From NCBI GenBank assembly GCA_014382705.1, contig JACNJE010000080.1:4000-67999 (forward strand): a stretch of DNA of 64,000 nt, in the 5' to 3' direction. The notes beneath the pieces are model-generated. The model was not told the DNA's origin. It did no database searches and saw only the letters and a list, made by a program, of their open reading frames with translations. The position numbers and the translations under genes are program-made. The stretch is from Verrucomicrobiota bacterium. Lineage in GTDB: Bacteria; Verrucomicrobiota; Verrucomicrobiia; Limisphaerales; UBA1096. Shown here one piece after another: positions 61,878 to 64,000 of the stretch. Positions within the stretch are counted from its first letter, which is position 1. Every line of letters begins with the position of its first letter.

Positions 61878-62644
61878 TGCCTGATCAGCAAGACTACTAC
61901 CGCGAGAATGAGGAGTACGCTGAGTTTCTTGAGGGGTGGGATGCCGGGTTTTACGCCAAGTACGCCGACACGCTCTGCCCGGATGAGCCGGGCGGCAAGG
62001 CGCTCGATGTTGGCTGCGGCGTGGGCCAGGTCGTGCAGCGCTTGATGGACGCCGGACATGAGGCGCACGGCGTCGAGGTGTCCGGGCCGAACATCGAAAA
62101 AGCCAGGCGCGTGAGCGACCGATGCCAGCTTTACGACGGGCGCTCGCTGCCGTATGGCGACGCCACCTTCGACAGCGCCGGCGCACTGAACGTGCTCGAG
62201 CACGTCGAGGAACCGGAAGCATTCCTTGCGGAACTGGTGCGCGTCGTAAAGCCGGGTGGCAAAGTCGTCGTCTCGAGCCCGAATTTTTTTCGCGCGCTTG
62301 GTCTGCGCGACTACCATCCCAGAATGCGCGGCCTTGGCAACAAGTGGCGCAACTGGCATCGGCTCCGGGCCAAGCGCCGGCAAATGGCCAACGATCCCGG
62401 CTCAGCGCGCTTCGACCGGATGGAGCCGATCCAACGCAAGCCATTCCAGCCGGACGACGACGCGATCGTCGCCACCAACGGCATTGAGATACAATTCTTC
62501 CTCGAGCAAAACGGCTGCGACGTATTGCGCGTGGACTGCACCGATCGCCACGTGGCTAAGCTGGTCGATTTCGCGCTCAACCTTGGCCCATGGCGACACT
62601 TCATGTTCAACGCCTTTGTCGTCGCAAGACGGAAAGCTAGCTAA
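61877..62644 (+). CDS. Class I SAM-dependent methyltransferase (Methyltransf_11)
   Basis: LDVGCGVG, LPYGDATFD, VLEHV, RVVKPGG; TAATG coupling with upstream stop. Confidence 0.9.
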   Translation: MPDQQDYYRENEEYAEFLEGWDAGFYAKYADTLCPDEPGGKALDVGCGVGQVVQRLMDAGHEAHGVEVSGPNIEKARRVSDRCQLYDGRSLPYGDATFDSAGALNVLEHVEEPEAFLAELVRVVKPGGKVVVSSPNFFRALGLRDYHPRMRGLGNKWRNWHRLRAKRRQMANDPGSARFDRMEPIQRKPFQPDDDAIVATNGIEIQFFLEQNGCDVLRVDCTDRHVAKLVDFALNLGPWRHFMFNAFVVARRKAS

Positions 62645-62730
62645 ACCGCGTGCACCAAGGTGAAGCCGCAAACCGGGGCTGCGATTGCCATTGACAAAAC
62701 CGAAAGGCCAAGATCACCCTCCATCCAGAA

Positions 62731-63246
62731 ATGACAATCCAACAGGCAGTCGCCCTTGCCGCCCTTTTGATGGTGGGCTGCAGCAAACCGCAACCCGCCC
62801 CGGAGGAGAACGCGGCCAAGCCTGTTCCCGAAAACAGCACCCGCCCGGAACCCAAGCCGAAACCCGCTAACTCCCCCGCCGCAGCGACACCGCCCGGTCC
62901 GCCACTAAAAAACACGGCATCCAAGCCGAACCCGCCTAAGATTTCGATCTGGGACGCTGCCAGAAAGGGCGACGGAGAGGCCATCCAGCAGCACTTAGCC
63001 AGCGGCACGGATCTCAACGCGAAAGATGAAGGCGGATGGGTGCCGTTGCACGCCGCATCCGGCTCCGGCCATAAGGAGATCGTGAAACTGCTCCTGACCA
63101 GCGGCGCGGACGCAAACCACCCGGCACTCAGTGGAAAAACGGCCCTCGACTACGCCTCAAGGGCTGGACACAAGGAAACTGCCGACCTCCTTCGAAAACA
63201 CGGTGGAAAGACGCGCGCGGAATTGAACGCTGAAGGGAAGAATTGA
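62731..63246 (+). CDS. Ankyrin-repeat lipoprotein
   Basis: Lipobox MVGC, Pro-rich linker, [29 protein letters not shown]. Confidence 0.88.
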   Translation: MTIQQAVALAALLMVGCSKPQPAPEENAAKPVPENSTRPEPKPKPANSPAAATPPGPPLKNTASKPNPPKISIWDAARKGDGEAIQQHLASGTDLNAKDEGGWVPLHAASGSGHKEIVKLLLTSGADANHPALSGKTALDYASRAGHKETADLLRKHGGKTRAELNAEGKN

Positions 63247-63491
63247 AATTGAGGCCAAACGCGGGATTTACGCTGATCGAACTGCTGGTGGTGATTGCCA
63301 TCATCGCCATCCTGGCGGCGCTGCTGCTGCCGGCTCTCGCAAAGGCGCAATACACCGGCAAACGAGCGGTCTGCATCAACAACATCAAGCAGCAGCACCT
63401 GTCGCAAATCATGTACAGCGGCGACAACGGCGGGCGATTCCCGAAACGCGCCAGGGGTGCCCATGGGGGAAGCACAACTGACTACTATTGA
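63243..63491 (+). pseudogene. Truncated prepilin-type (DUF1559-like) gene
   Basis: [39 protein letters not shown], then stop at 82 aa; no room for the usual C-terminal domain. Confidence 0.65.
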
Positions 63492-63566
63492 GTTGCATTT
63501 TGTCAACATTTGGCGACAAAACACGCGCAAGGAATTCTTGGCCAAAAAACAAAGTTAACTTTCTTT

Positions 63567-64000
63567 ATGGCTTCACTTGAAAAATTGAACATGGCTTTGC
63601 TTGGCCTTGGACGGGCTGGGAAGTTTCACATCCAGAGCATCCAGTCGATACCGGGGATCAACCTGCGATGTGTTGTGGACGTGGACGAATCCCTGGCCAA
63701 GCGCTTGGCCAAGGATCTGGAGTGCGACTACTCGACCTCTGCCGAAGGGCCGCTTGGCCAAGCGGACGTTGATGCGGTGATTGTTGCGTCACCGACGCAT
63801 GCGCATTATGGGCAAATCCAAGCCGCGCTCGAGGCCGGCAAGCCGGTCTTCACCGAGAAACCGCTTGGCAGCAGCCTCAAGGAAATCGATACCTGCTTCG
63901 GCTTGGCCAAGCGCAGCGGGTTGCCGCTGTTCGTCGGCTTCAACCGCCGGTTCGACCCGTCCTTCTCCAGCCTCGCCCGAGGCGTGAAGGAGGGACAGGT
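63567..64000 (+). CDS. Gfo/Idh/MocA oxidoreductase (myo-inositol 2-dehydrogenase-like), 3'-partial
   Basis: Not in the ORF track; my translation: MASLEKLNMALLGLGRAG...DAVIVASPTHAH...GKPVFTEKP...LFVGFNRRFDP. Confidence 0.9.
   Translation, partial: MASLEKLNMALLGLGRAGKFHIQSIQSIPGINLRCVVDVDESLAKRLAKDLECDYSTSAEGPLGQADVDAVIVASPTHAHYGQIQAALEAGKPVFTEKPLGSSLKEIDTCFGLAKRSGLPLFVGFNRRFDPSFSSLARGVKEGQ

Noticed and set aside
56632-62644. The two SAM methyltransferases as the cognate DNA methylase of the palindrome
   Set aside because: No DNA-MTase catalytic motifs (PCQ/ENV or DPPY/NPPY); they look like small-molecule/glycan methyltransferases in a sugar locus.

Overview
GC-rich bacterial chromosomal segment whose gene content points to the PVC superphylum, most likely Verrucomicrobiota (Pedosphaerales/Limisphaerales-like; inferred from gene families only). 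About 47 genes are supported. They include secreted/surface proteins (CotH/lamin-tail protein, repeat protein, prepilin-like proteins, BNR proteins, two sulfatases), a DUF1549/DUF1553 + DUF1501 pair split by a ferredoxin, and an octaheme cytochrome c. Also present are xylB, an eight-gene MoxR/DUF58/BatA-vWA/DUF4159 operon, a housekeeping block (dUTPase, hpt, moaDE, CCA enzyme, ptsI, mpl), a surface-glycan locus and the start of an iolG-like oxidoreductase. I saw no rRNA, tRNA, CRISPR array, transposase or integrase. The dominant unexplained signal is a highly iterated palindrome, CTTGGCCAAG (extended consensus CGCTTGGCCAAGCG). By manual count there are about 60 exact 10-mers (~1 per kb), ~30 exact 12-mers and ~21 exact 14-mers, against roughly 0.1 10-mers expected by chance. 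It lies inside genes in all three reading frames (LAKR / LGQA / AWPS) and between genes, behaving like a HIP1-, uptake-sequence- or matS-type genome-wide DNA code.
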